Made by a program: the position numbers and the translations under genes. From NCBI GenBank assembly GCA_046291875.1, contig JBKBSF010000014.1:4569-68568 (forward strand): DNA of 64,000 bases, given 5' to 3'. Shown one piece after another: positions 18,570-28,266 of the stretch. The number at the start of each line of letters is the position of its first letter. Within the stretch, counting starts at the first letter, position 1. Under the pieces are notes generated by a model. It was not told the DNA's origin. It worked only from the letters and a program-made list of their open reading frames with translations, and made no database searches. Source of the stretch: Bacteroidales bacterium (GTDB taxonomy: Bacteria; Bacteroidota; Bacteroidia; Bacteroidales; UBA7960).

Positions 18570-21017
18570 TTATGCCCCCCTGATTTGCTGATAATCCAAA
18601 TGATAAAGGATCTTCAGGGAAAGGCTGTTATACTGGGGTGAATCCCAGAGCAGCCCAAAATTATCAAAATAACTGTTTACAATGCCCGATTTTTCGTGCA
18701 GGATTGCATTTTTCCATACCACGTTCAAACTGGAGCCGGGGGCAAATAGCCAGGTAAACACCAGGTCGATATTGAAGGAGTTGAAGTTGAAATCGCGGGT
18801 CTGCCCCAGGGAGTGCTCCAGATTTCTGTCCAGAAGGCCATCCTGCTGCAGGGCATAAAAGCCGGCATACTGCCCGCGCGACCAGTACTGGCGCATACGG
18901 AAGCTGAAGTAAAGATCGTTGCGCAGAATATAATCGCTGGTAAATACATTTTCTACGGTGGTTACATCGCGGTTGCCGAAGATTACCTGATCGCCATCGC
19001 GGGCAGCAAACCCCACATCATTCTGATTGAAATTGAGCACCAGTGAATTCACAAAGGAGAACTGATCGCTGAACCGGTACCGGGGAGCAATGCGATAGGA
19101 TGTGCTGGTATTATCGAAGCTTGCAATATGATTGTAATTGAATTGCAGGTCGAGGGCAAAGGGTTTGCGGTAATCCGACGACAGCCCGGCCCATCCGCCA
19201 ACGGCCCGTGGTCTGACAAACATACGCCCCGGAGTACGGGCTTCGTAATAGTCTTTTCTGTCGCGCGGATGAAAATACAATCCGTGCCACAAGAAGGTAT
19301 ACCCTTGGGTAGTGCCACTGGTAGAATACTCCACATACATATTTTCCAACCCGTAATTACTGTAGCGGGCTTCGTTCTGGAACCTGATACGGTTGCGCCA
19401 GTTGCGCATCACCCAGATAGGATCGAGCACATTGTAATTGAGGTCTACCCGGTCGGCAATCTGGTTGTTGCGATGGGTAAGGCCCAGGTCGTTGTCGTTG
19501 AATTTGGGATTGATGGCATTGCGGTTGAGAGAGAACTGAAACGGACCCCTGGTTTTGGCAAAGGAGCTGCTGTAGCGGCTTCCTATCTCTACTTCAAAAC
19601 GATCGTCCAGTTCTTCATTTTTATGGTACAGCTGGTTGAAAGCCCCCGAGAGATGAAACTGCCATGTATTGGAAGCATCCACCAGGGTAGCCCCGGCACC
19701 GGTAACATTGGCGTGGCGGTACTTTCCAGAACGCAACACGTTGGTATTGATCACATACAGCGATGAATTGTTGCGCATGGCCTGGTCAAACACAAGGATA
19801 TTGTAATTGGTGGCCGCATCGGTCTGCAGCTTTCTTACGTTGCCTTCAAAATCTTCAAAACGTGCAAAAGTATTATCGGTAATGGCGTTAAACAAGCCAA
19901 TACCCAGACCGTTGTTGGTGCGTCCGGTAAGTTTAAAGGCATTTACCAGTCGGTTTTGTGCAGGATTATCAATGAGCACTTCCCCCTCTTGTGCCTGCAT
20001 ACCCGCACGACCATACTCAAGAGGGCGCCCCCCTATTCTGCGCGAATAAAACAATCCCCCCCGATGAAAAAGGTCCATGGACTCCTGAAAAAAAGGTCGC
20101 TGTTCGCCATGCACCGTTTCGAAAGCCGATAGGTTTTTCACCTGGTTGTCGGAGGGTACCTGGCTGAAATCAGGCATCAGGGTCATATCAAAAGTAAAAC
20201 TCTCATTGATTCCGTATTTCAGATCGAGCCCCCCTCCAAAACTGTTGGAAAAATTACTTACCCCTTCCATTTGGTGCGGATAATGACTGGAGGCCGTTGA
20301 GAGATAGGGTATCAGAGAGAGGCGCAAAGGAGCTTTGATCTGGCAGATACCTGTGAGTTGTCCCCAGTACACCAGATTGTTGGAAGCGTCTCTTTCTTCC
20401 AGCGCCCAGTGGTTCATTTCGCGGAAACGCCGGATGTTGCGATAGAGCTGCATGCCCCATGTCTGACACTCTGTGGCAGGAAAGCGAATGGCCGAATAAG
20501 GAATTCTCATCTCCACGGTCCATCCCTGCTCATGAATCTTAACTGCACTTTCCCATATGCCGTCGTAGGTGTTGTCCTGGCGTCGGAAATCGCGTTGCAC
20601 CCCCGAGGCAGACACCTCAAAGGTATATGCGTCTAATTGGTTGTTGTAAGTATCGAGGCGGATACCAAAAGCATCGGCATTGAGGCTTGCATCACGCTGA
20701 CCCAATTGACGGAGAATACTGTCGGGGGCGCTGTCGAAAAGCATTGCACCGATGTAAATGGCCTTGTCGTCGTAAAGAATTCTCACCTCGGTACGCTGAG
20801 AGGGTTGTCCGTAATACAGTGGGTCGTATTGCACAAAATCGCTGATCACCTCTGCCATCCCCCATATCTCAGGCTCCAGGTACCCATCAATGGAAGGAGC
20901 TTTGTAGGTACGTTGAGTAAAGGCCTGCTGCACATGGCGTTTGGTGCTGGCCAGAGCAGTAACGTGGAAACTGGAAATAAAAAGAAGGGTGATTGCGATA
21001 AATCTGCTCATGAACAT
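18570..21017 (-). CDS. Large secreted/outer-membrane protein, DUF5916 / CBM9-like N-terminal domain family
   Basis: Signal peptide; the N-terminal region ([29 protein letters not shown]…) resembles carbohydrate-binding family 9-like/DUF5916 proteins found in Bacteroidetes. Confidence 0.45.
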   Translation of the reverse strand: MFMSRFIAITLLFISSFHVTALASTKRHVQQAFTQRTYKAPSIDGYLEPEIWGMAEVISDFVQYDPLYYGQPSQRTEVRILYDDKAIYIGAMLFDSAPDSILRQLGQRDASLNADAFGIRLDTYNNQLDAYTFEVSASGVQRDFRRQDNTYDGIWESAVKIHEQGWTVEMRIPYSAIRFPATECQTWGMQLYRNIRRFREMNHWALEERDASNNLVYWGQLTGICQIKAPLRLSLIPYLSTASSHYPHQMEGVSNFSNSFGGGLDLKYGINESFTFDMTLMPDFSQVPSDNQVKNLSAFETVHGEQRPFFQESMDLFHRGGLFYSRRIGGRPLEYGRAGMQAQEGEVLIDNPAQNRLVNAFKLTGRTNNGLGIGLFNAITDNTFARFEDFEGNVRKLQTDAATNYNILVFDQAMRNNSSLYVINTNVLRSGKYRHANVTGAGATLVDASNTWQFHLSGAFNQLYHKNEELDDRFEVEIGSRYSSSFAKTRGPFQFSLNRNAINPKFNDNDLGLTHRNNQIADRVDLNYNVLDPIWVMRNWRNRIRFQNEARYSNYGLENMYVEYSTSGTTQGYTFLWHGLYFHPRDRKDYYEARTPGRMFVRPRAVGGWAGLSSDYRKPFALDLQFNYNHIASFDNTSTSYRIAPRYRFSDQFSFVNSLVLNFNQNDVGFAARDGDQVIFGNRDVTTVENVFTSDYILRNDLYFSFRMRQYWSRGQYAGFYALQQDGLLDRNLEHSLGQTRDFNFNSFNIDLVFTWLFAPGSSLNVVWKNAILHEKSGIVNSYFDNFGLLWDSPQYNSLSLKILYHLDYQQIRGA

Positions 21018-21105
21018 GTGTATAACAGGCTTTTTAGACTACCAACCGAAACCTGCTTGCTTCAGATTTCCCCAGCAATATCAAGGCATTCGGCAGTAGG
21101 CTAAA

Positions 21106-21188
21106 ATATAAAAAACCCGTTATACCGCACAAAGTAAAACCCGCAAACAGCATAAGATTAACTTATTTTAGCTATTTGCGGGTTTTAC
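21106..21188 (-). terminator. Long hairpin (perfect 14-bp stem gtaaaacccgcaaa / tttgcgggttttac) plus a downstream T-tract on the minus strand
   Basis: Seen directly; positioned after the 21282-21716 gene and before the DUF5916 gene start. Confidence 0.5.
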
Positions 21189-21281
21189 CTGAGCCGTGTT
21201 ACAGAAAACCACGGTTTACAGGCTTCAGCACGGTTATTTGAAGATGCTACGGCAGAAAGTCCTTACACCTTTGTTTCCTCT

Positions 21282-21716
21282 TTAAGACCCTTGTCCTGGC
21301 ACCTCTAAAGGGTCAGCCATTTCGCTCACTGAGGGGTTTTCTGCAGGAGTGCCCTCCCTGTCTTTCGGAATGGTATTGCCTTTGGAGGGATCCTGGATTT
21401 TATCCTCCTTGTTTACACTTTCCTGAGCCCCCGCAGAAGGCTGCGTGGCAGTTTCTGCGGGTTGCGGATTGCCACTGGGCGCTGCTCCGGATCGGGTGCG
21501 GGGTTCTGCACTTACCGGTGCCGCCTGGGGTGTGGATTGTGGTGCAGCTTCCTCCGTAACGGCCGGGGCAACCTTTATCATTCCCCTGAGAGGAGTATCG
21601 GGTTGCAATACAAAGCTCAGTGCTGCAATGGCCAAAAAGCAAACCGCCAAGCCCGACAGAGAGAAAATCAACAATCTGATATTGCGTTTGCCAGAATCTG
21701 GATAGTTATTTTGCAT
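21282..21716 (-). CDS. Hypothetical membrane-anchored Pro/Ala/Gln-rich low-complexity protein
   Basis: N-terminal TM segment (LLIFSLSGLAVCFLAIAALSF) then a P/A/T/Q-rich tail; 29 bp downstream of the barrel gene. Confidence 0.4.
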   Translation of the reverse strand: MQNNYPDSGKRNIRLLIFSLSGLAVCFLAIAALSFVLQPDTPLRGMIKVAPAVTEEAAPQSTPQAAPVSAEPRTRSGAAPSGNPQPAETATQPSAGAQESVNKEDKIQDPSKGNTIPKDREGTPAENPSVSEMADPLEVPGQGS

Positions 21717-21745
21717 AAATCCGAAAGACCTAAAAAGTGAATATT

Positions 21746-23104
21746 CTAAAACAGGAAGTTCAGCCCGATGTACAAACCACCGCTGCCATCGCGTTTGTCG
21801 CGCGGAGTACCATAATCCACGGCCACAATGAAGTTTTCATTCATGGCAATTCTGAATCCGCCACCATAGGTAATATGCAACTTTTCCTGGTCGGTGAGGA
21901 AGAAATCGCTGAGCAACAAACCGTCCAGCTGAGCTGCAGAAGGTTTGTCGAAATCAATCTCTCTGATTACCTGTCCCATATCGGTAAAAGCATTCAATGC
22001 CAGGTAAATGTTTTGCTTAAACAGATCGAAACGGACAAATTTCCATCGCAATTCAAAGTTTCCATAGGCTACAGCATCGCCTACTACGCGGTTGCGCAAC
22101 ATGCCACGCACGGTTTTGGAGCCTCCTACCCCATCGGTATTGGATGAAGCAGAAAAGGAGTTGATCTGGTAGGGCTGCATAAAAAACGGCACATCGCCGG
22201 TAAGGGTTCCCTGGTAGTTCAGCCTGTAAGCAAAGGAAAGCACTTCGTCAACCAGTGTAAAATACTGGCGGTGCGTAGCTGAAATCTTGGTATAGCCGAA
22301 GTCTCCGTTGCCCAGAAAATCAGGAGCCACAAAAAAGACCACCTCCGACCAGATCCCTTTCATGGGATTGGGTTCGTTGTCGCGGGTATCGTAAACAGTA
22401 CCCAGTTTCAGGTGGTTGGTCCATCCTCCATCCTTTTCATTGTCGCTAATGATCCCCCAATCAACATATCGGTCGTAAAGGCCAGGTACATCAGGCAAAA
22501 GATCATCACCCGATTTACCTTTGTTGAGCGCATCAATATCTACAGAAGCCACCTGGTTGTTGAGGATACCAAACCCGGCCACCCAGCGCAATTCCCGGCC
22601 TCTGATGGGCCCCTGGAAGTCGGCAATAAACCGGAACATCTGGCGCTCATGCCGATAAAACATACGGGTAACATAATCGGCGTGGTTGTCGTCTTCCCAG
22701 TTGGCATTATAAACGGCATTGTAGCCATTGAAACCATAAAAATCGAGGGCCTTCTCCGTAAAATAGCTCAGGTCGGAGGTAACCCTTATGCCGGGGATAA
22801 GAAACTCAGAATCGTAAAAAAGTCTGTTGATACCACTCCCCTTGGTATAGCGGGATATTTCTGCATAAATGGAGTGTCTGTATTTGGGAAAGGTGGAGCC
22901 ATCGCCATAATGGTAAAAATTTACCAACCCACCATACTGAAAACCAAGGTCAGTATTGAAGGAAACAGCGGGTAATGCACCAAAGCCCCATCCGGTTTTT
23001 ACAGGACGGTCAGGAATGCTGTCAGGTGAAGCCACAAGCACCGGACTTGTTAACACAAATGCCAAAACAAACATGGCAGCAAGCATTGCAGTTTTCTTTC
23101 TCAT
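21746..23104 (-). CDS. Outer-membrane beta-barrel protein (Omp85/surface-antigen-like family member, function unknown)
   Basis: Signal peptide, alternating aromatic/Gly beta-strand pattern, C-terminal …GLNFLF. Confidence 0.5.
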   Translation of the reverse strand: MRKKTAMLAAMFVLAFVLTSPVLVASPDSIPDRPVKTGWGFGALPAVSFNTDLGFQYGGLVNFYHYGDGSTFPKYRHSIYAEISRYTKGSGINRLFYDSEFLIPGIRVTSDLSYFTEKALDFYGFNGYNAVYNANWEDDNHADYVTRMFYRHERQMFRFIADFQGPIRGRELRWVAGFGILNNQVASVDIDALNKGKSGDDLLPDVPGLYDRYVDWGIISDNEKDGGWTNHLKLGTVYDTRDNEPNPMKGIWSEVVFFVAPDFLGNGDFGYTKISATHRQYFTLVDEVLSFAYRLNYQGTLTGDVPFFMQPYQINSFSASSNTDGVGGSKTVRGMLRNRVVGDAVAYGNFELRWKFVRFDLFKQNIYLALNAFTDMGQVIREIDFDKPSAAQLDGLLLSDFFLTDQEKLHITYGGGFRIAMNENFIVAVDYGTPRDKRDGSGGLYIGLNFLF

Positions 23105-23532
23105 AAAAAACAGGGTTTAGTTAAAGCAGCGTAAAGTTAAAATTTTTAACTATCCGAATTTCTATATTTTACGAAGGTTGCGTTTTAAATGTGATAAGAG
23201 GTTTCCTTGCCAGAACAAAGTAATGTAAAGCTTGTAGTTGAGCCGGATTGAAAGCTCTCCTGTGGTTCTGCTCCCCTTGTAGATTCATAGATTCAGGATT
23301 TGCAGAGCGTCGCGGAGTATTCACCTGACAGTTCGATGGATCACCGAAACAAGGTAGGTACAAAGAAAAACTTCAAAAACTTGTTATTTTTATTTAGACT
23401 GTTTCTAAATAATGTTTACATTTGCAACTGCAAACAGCAATCAAATCCAAGGGTTTGTTGCAGAAAAAATATTGTTAACTGAAATAGCGAAAATTCCTCA
23501 AGTTTTTAATCTCCTCCTAGATATGTAATGAG

Positions 23533-23562
23533 CAGGCAGACTAACCTCTGCCTGTTTTTTTT
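23533..23562 (+). terminator. Orphan plus-strand rho-independent terminator (8-bp GC stem plus T8) with no annotated plus-strand gene upstream
   Basis: caggcaga-ctaacc-tctgcctg followed by TTTTTTTT. Confidence 0.6.
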
Positions 23563-23565
23563 ACT

Positions 23566-23599
23566 GAAAAAGGCTGCCTGTATTACTACAGACAGCCTT
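23566..23599 (-). terminator. Terminator of the acyl-CoA dehydrogenase gene (minus strand)
   Basis: aaggctg(c/t)ctgt stem with a 6-nt loop, followed by a T5 tract on the minus strand; immediately after the stop at 23621. Confidence 0.55.
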
Positions 23600-23620
23600 T
23601 TGATGTTTAAGTTCTCAGGA

Positions 23621-25333
23621 TTATTCCCAGGTAATTTTGTAGGTTCCCAGGTTTTTCTCTTCGAAAGAACGGATAAATTCTGCGCGCGAAGCACACTCTG
23701 TTTTGGCCTTACGCACAAAGATCTCGAGAGATCTGCGGTATTGCCCATCGCGGTGTGTATCTTGCAAAAGCAAGTAGCTCATGATGATATAGCCTGCCAT
23801 TTCGACCAGTCTGCGAGCGTGAAAATCGATCAGTTCGGTATTTTTACCTTCATGCACCTGTTTGCCGAGCGCTTCAAAATCGTCGGTCAGTTCAACCAGG
23901 ATCGACTTCAGGTATTCAAACTCCGGCTTCACATGTTGCTGTTCGTACTCGCGGATGAGTTTCAGGTAGGCACCATTGCCCACGGCACGGATAGCGGCAA
24001 CCACCTGCAGCTGAGAGGTTCCCTCATAGATATTGGTAATACGGGCATCACGGAAGAGTCTTTCCACCGGAAAGTCTTTCATGTATCCTGTACCGCCATG
24101 TACCTGCAGTGCATCGGAAGCAATCTCATTGCAATATTCGCTGGCAAAGAGTTTAAGCAGCGGGGTAAGTGCATCGGCAACACGGGTATGGTGCTTGGCA
24201 TCGTTTCTTTCTTCGGGCTCCAGCTTGCGTTCTTCTTCAATGAAAGAATATGCTTTGTAGATATCAACATAGCGAGCGGTTTCGTAGAGCAATGAGCGGG
24301 CAGCATCAATTTTTGCACGCATCACAGAAAGCATCTCGTATACAGCCGGATAGCTGATAATGGGTTTTCCGAACTGCTCACGTTCGTAGGCATATTTGAT
24401 AGCTTCTCTGTAGGCAGCCTCTGCAATACCCACTGATTGTGCACCTACGCCCAGTCGGGCAGAGTTCATCAGCGACATTACATACTTAATAAGACCCATT
24501 CGGCGTTCGCCCACCAGCTGCGCAGGAGCATCCTTAAACACCAGTTCGCAGGTTGGCGAACCTTTGATACCCAGTTTGTTTTCGATACGGCGGATGGTAA
24601 CGGCTTTGTGCTTGCGGTCGTACACAAACAACGAAAGTCCACGGCCATCGGTAGTGCCGGGCTCAGTACGAGCCAGTACCAGGCTGATATCGGCATCGCC
24701 GTTGGTGATGAAACGCTTCACACCATTGAGGAACCATTGCTGTTTTTGCTCATCGTAGGTACCTTTGAGCTGTACGGCCTGCAGGTCGGATCCGGCATCA
24801 GGCTCGGTGAGGTCCATGGCAGCGGTGGCACCCTGGTTGAAACGGGGCAGAAATTCTTTTCTGATCTCTTCGTTGGCAAACTCGTGCAGAGTTTCGGCAC
24901 AGTCCTGAAGCCCCCAGATATTGGCAAAACCGGCATCGGCTCTCGAAACCAACTCAGCGGCCATCACATAGGGCACCATGGCAAAGTTCAGTCCACCATA
25001 TTCGCGTGGCAACGACATACCAATAAGGCCGGCCTTGGTGAGGGTATCATGGTTTTCCTGTGTACCGGGTGCATATACAACCTCATTGTTGATCAGTTGC
25101 GGACCATCATGGTCTACAGCTTCCGCATTGGGAGCAATGGTTTCCCCGCAAATCTCACCCACAATCTCCAGTACCTTGTCGTAGGAATCCAGTGCATCCT
25201 CATAGTCCTGGAATGCATAATCGTATTTGTCCTTATCGGCAAAATTTTTCTCTTTCAACCGGATGATCTTCTCCATCAGGTGATGCTTGAGGTGAAACTT
25301 CAAGCTGGGGTTATCTGTATAAAAATTTTCCAT
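23621..25333 (-). CDS. Acyl-CoA dehydrogenase (long, ~570 aa, Etf-coupled type)
   Basis: ACAD motifs (…TEPDAGSD…, GERRMGL…, …IYEGTSQLQ) with an extended C-terminal domain; EtfBA are encoded just upstream. Confidence 0.85.
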   Translation of the reverse strand: MENFYTDNPSLKFHLKHHLMEKIIRLKEKNFADKDKYDYAFQDYEDALDSYDKVLEIVGEICGETIAPNAEAVDHDGPQLINNEVVYAPGTQENHDTLTKAGLIGMSLPREYGGLNFAMVPYVMAAELVSRADAGFANIWGLQDCAETLHEFANEEIRKEFLPRFNQGATAAMDLTEPDAGSDLQAVQLKGTYDEQKQQWFLNGVKRFITNGDADISLVLARTEPGTTDGRGLSLFVYDRKHKAVTIRRIENKLGIKGSPTCELVFKDAPAQLVGERRMGLIKYVMSLMNSARLGVGAQSVGIAEAAYREAIKYAYEREQFGKPIISYPAVYEMLSVMRAKIDAARSLLYETARYVDIYKAYSFIEEERKLEPEERNDAKHHTRVADALTPLLKLFASEYCNEIASDALQVHGGTGYMKDFPVERLFRDARITNIYEGTSQLQVVAAIRAVGNGAYLKLIREYEQQHVKPEFEYLKSILVELTDDFEALGKQVHEGKNTELIDFHARRLVEMAGYIIMSYLLLQDTHRDGQYRRSLEIFVRKAKTECASRAEFIRSFEEKNLGTYKITWE

Positions 25334-25381
25334 TTTTTGTTCTTTTAGTCAATTTGTCCCTAAGTAAGCGAACCATTCAAA

Positions 25382-26401
25382 TTACTTTGAATTTTGTTTG
25401 TAGAATTTGATCATTTTGGGGATGATGTCTTCCACATTACCAATGATCACATAATCGGCGATCTGGTTGATGGGTGCTTTGGGATCGTTGTTGATAGAAA
25501 TGATTTTGGCCGATTCGTTCATACCGGCAGTATGCTGCACCGCCCCCGATATACCGCAAGCGATATAGAGTTTGGGGCGCACGGTGATACCTGTTTGCCC
25601 CACCTGACGGGCATGGTCTACAAAACCGGCATCTACAGCAGCACGTGAGGCTCCCACTTCTCCTCCCAGCAAATCTGCCAGTTCGAAAAGAAGATCGAAA
25701 TTGTCTTTAGAACCTACACCATATCCACCCGATACGATAATTTGTGAGTTTTTGATATTTACCTTCTGCTTCTCAATATGTCTTTCAATGATCTCAACCG
25801 CCATAAGGCTTTCGTTGAGTATGGTATCCACATTGATCTGCTTGATCTCGCCGTGGTAAGTGGCATTGAAAATCTCCTTTTTCATCACCCCTTCGCGCAC
25901 GGTTGCCATTTGTGGCCGTGTATCGGGGTTGATGATGGTGGCAATGATGTTTCCACCGAAGGCCGGACGGATCTGGTAAAGCAGATTTTTATACTCTTTT
26001 CCGGTTTTGTTTTCGGTATGGTCGCCAAAAACAAGGCTGGTGCAGTCGGCCGTAAGACCACACTTGAGAGAAGATGCCACGCGGGGGGCCAGGTCGCGAC
26101 CCACAGAGGTGGCTCCAAAGAGAGCAATTTCGGGTTGCTCCTGCTTAAAGAGATTTACGATGATCTCTGTATGAGGAAGGGTAAGATAGGGATACAAACG
26201 CGAGTTGTCGGCCATGTGGATCACATCCACACCATAGGGAAAGATTTGCTTTTCAATCCCTTTGAGGTTGTGGCCTATTACGATTGCTTCCAGTTTGCGG
26301 TCGATTTCGTTGGCGAGCTTACGCCCCTTGGTAAGGAGTTCAAGGCTCACCTCTGCAACATGACCGTCTTCGATTTCGCAATAAACAAATATATTATTCA
26401 C
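25382..26401 (-). CDS. etfA: Electron transfer flavoprotein alpha subunit
   Basis: FAD-binding C-terminal motifs …VSGGYGVGSKDNFDLL…PKLYIACGISGAVQHTAGM. Confidence 0.9.
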   Translation of the reverse strand: MNNIFVYCEIEDGHVAEVSLELLTKGRKLANEIDRKLEAIVIGHNLKGIEKQIFPYGVDVIHMADNSRLYPYLTLPHTEIIVNLFKQEQPEIALFGATSVGRDLAPRVASSLKCGLTADCTSLVFGDHTENKTGKEYKNLLYQIRPAFGGNIIATIINPDTRPQMATVREGVMKKEIFNATYHGEIKQINVDTILNESLMAVEIIERHIEKQKVNIKNSQIIVSGGYGVGSKDNFDLLFELADLLGGEVGASRAAVDAGFVDHARQVGQTGITVRPKLYIACGISGAVQHTAGMNESAKIISINNDPKAPINQIADYVIIGNVEDIIPKMIKFYKQNSK

Positions 26402-26434
26402 GGTAAAGATTTTTTCGTTAATGACTGCTTAAGC

Positions 26435-27304
26435 TTAGCCGATCACGTGGCTGTCGATGAGTTCTTTCATCAGGAAATCGATATCCTTGTCGCTGGGGGT
26501 AAGCTCCACAGAGTCTTTGCGTGCCAGCACAACATTTTCGATTTTCTTTACTTTGGTGGGAGAACCCGATAATCCCAGGTATTGCACATCGGCGTCGAGG
26601 TCGGCCACACTCCACTCTTCGATACGCAGGTAGGGCTTATTGGTCATCATTTCGGTGTAGTCCTTGGTTTCCTCCTGTAGTTCGGATACCGTGCGGGCAT
26701 GCTTAAACTTCATGAGCAGTTTGGCATGGCGTGGACGACAAGCGGGAGCCGAGCTGTGCACGGTAATAAGCAGCGGAGTTTTTCCTTTTACTACCTCCAC
26801 CCCGCGCTCAAGCCTTCTTTTGATGATCAGCTCATCCTGGTTGATCTCAAGCACCTCTTCGCAGTAAGTAACCTGGGGGATATTGAGTTTCTCTGCCACC
26901 TGGGGTCCTACCTGAGCGGTATCGCCATCGATGGCCTGGCGGCCGGCAATTACCAGATGGGGCTGCAACTTCTTCACTGCCAAAGAAATGGCATAAGAAG
27001 TGGCAAGGGTGTCAGAACCGGCAAACTTGCGGTCGGTGATCAGGTAACCGCTATCGGCACCTCTGTACATGGCCTCACGAATAATTTCGGCGGCACGGGG
27101 GGGGCCCATGGTCAGGATAATGATCTCCACATCATCCTTGCGGTCTTTGATCCTCAGCGCCTGCTCCAATGCATGCAGATCTTCAGGGTTGAAGATGGCC
27201 GGCAATGCGCTGCGGTTTACAGTACCATCGGCCTTCATGGCGTCCTTACCCACATTGCGGGTATCTGGCACTTGCTTGGCTAAAACAACAATTCTAAAAC
27301 TCAT
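26435..27304 (-). CDS. etfB: Electron transfer flavoprotein beta subunit
   Basis: MSFRIVVLAKQVPDTRNV…NPEDLHALEQAL typical of EtfB/FixA. Confidence 0.9.
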   Translation of the reverse strand: MSFRIVVLAKQVPDTRNVGKDAMKADGTVNRSALPAIFNPEDLHALEQALRIKDRKDDVEIIILTMGPPRAAEIIREAMYRGADSGYLITDRKFAGSDTLATSYAISLAVKKLQPHLVIAGRQAIDGDTAQVGPQVAEKLNIPQVTYCEEVLEINQDELIIKRRLERGVEVVKGKTPLLITVHSSAPACRPRHAKLLMKFKHARTVSELQEETKDYTEMMTNKPYLRIEEWSVADLDADVQYLGLSGSPTKVKKIENVVLARKDSVELTPSDKDIDFLMKELIDSHVIG

Positions 27305-27410
27305 GAATCTTGGGTTTTCTTGATTAGTTAGTTTACATAAATTTTTTCCCGCGGCAAATATAGAAAAATAATCGGAAAACAGACAAAACGCCTACAATCC
27401 TTATTTTCAA

Positions 27411-28259
27411 CTATTTACCCTTCGCCTTGTCGTCGCAATCTCCCTGACAGGTGAAACAATCGTTTATGAGCGTATCGCTGATACCCATGGTTGAATAACC
27501 TCCATCGTGGAAAAGGTTTTGCATGGTAACCATACGTGTGAAATCAGAGAACAGGGTAATACAATAATCAGCACACTGATCGGAAGTAGCATTGCCCAGA
27601 GGCGACATGCAATTGGCATAAGAATAGAATGCATCGAAACCGCCTACTCCTTTACCGGCAGTGGTAATGGTGGGCGACTGAGAAACGGTATTTACCCTTA
27701 CTTTGCGCTTTTTGCCATAATGATACCCGAAGCTGCGTGCAATGGATTCCAGCATGGCTTTGGCCTGGGCCATATCGCTGTAGGAAGAATAGGTACGTTG
27801 GGCGGCAATGTATGAGAGTGCCACCACGCTGCCCCATTCGTTGATGGCGTCCATCTGGTAAGCTGCCTGCAATACCTTATGCAGTGAAATGGCTGAAACA
27901 TCAAGGGTTTTATTGAGGTAATCGTAATTCAGATCGGTGTAGTGCAGTCCTTTGCGAACATTGGGCGACATCCCTACAGAATGCAATATAAAATCAAGTT
28001 TACCACCCAGTATCTTCATACTTTCCTGCAGCAGGTTTTCAATTTCATCAAATTGTGTGATGTCGGCAGGCACAACTTCGGCCCCGGTTTTTTCTCCAAG
28101 CCTGAAGATATCGCCTTTACGCAACGCAATGGGTGCATTGGTGAGTACAAATGTGGCTCCTTCTGCCTTGGCTTTTTCGGCTACTTTCCAGGCGATAGAA
28201 TTTTCATCCAGTGCGCCGAAAATAATGCCTTTCTTTCCTTTTAAGAGATTGTGTCCCAT
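27411..28259 (-). CDS. fabI: Enoyl-[acyl-carrier-protein] reductase (NADH), FabI
   Basis: GKKGIIFGALDENSIAW…active-site region …SYIAAQRTYSSYSDMAQAKAMLE… (Tyr/Lys); carries a C-terminal Cys-rich tail CFTCQGDCDD. Confidence 0.85.
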   Translation of the reverse strand: MGHNLLKGKKGIIFGALDENSIAWKVAEKAKAEGATFVLTNAPIALRKGDIFRLGEKTGAEVVPADITQFDEIENLLQESMKILGGKLDFILHSVGMSPNVRKGLHYTDLNYDYLNKTLDVSAISLHKVLQAAYQMDAINEWGSVVALSYIAAQRTYSSYSDMAQAKAMLESIARSFGYHYGKKRKVRVNTVSQSPTITTAGKGVGGFDAFYSYANCMSPLGNATSDQCADYCITLFSDFTRMVTMQNLFHDGGYSTMGISDTLINDCFTCQGDCDDKAKGK

Positions 28260-28266
28260 TTTATTA

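Noticed and set aside
27411-27480. Cys-rich C-terminal tail of FabI (…CFTCQGDCDDKAKGK)
   Set aside because: It is probably a lineage-typical C-terminal extension of Bacteroidetes FabI and does not clearly form a metal site; I consider it insufficient to flag as unusual without comparative data.
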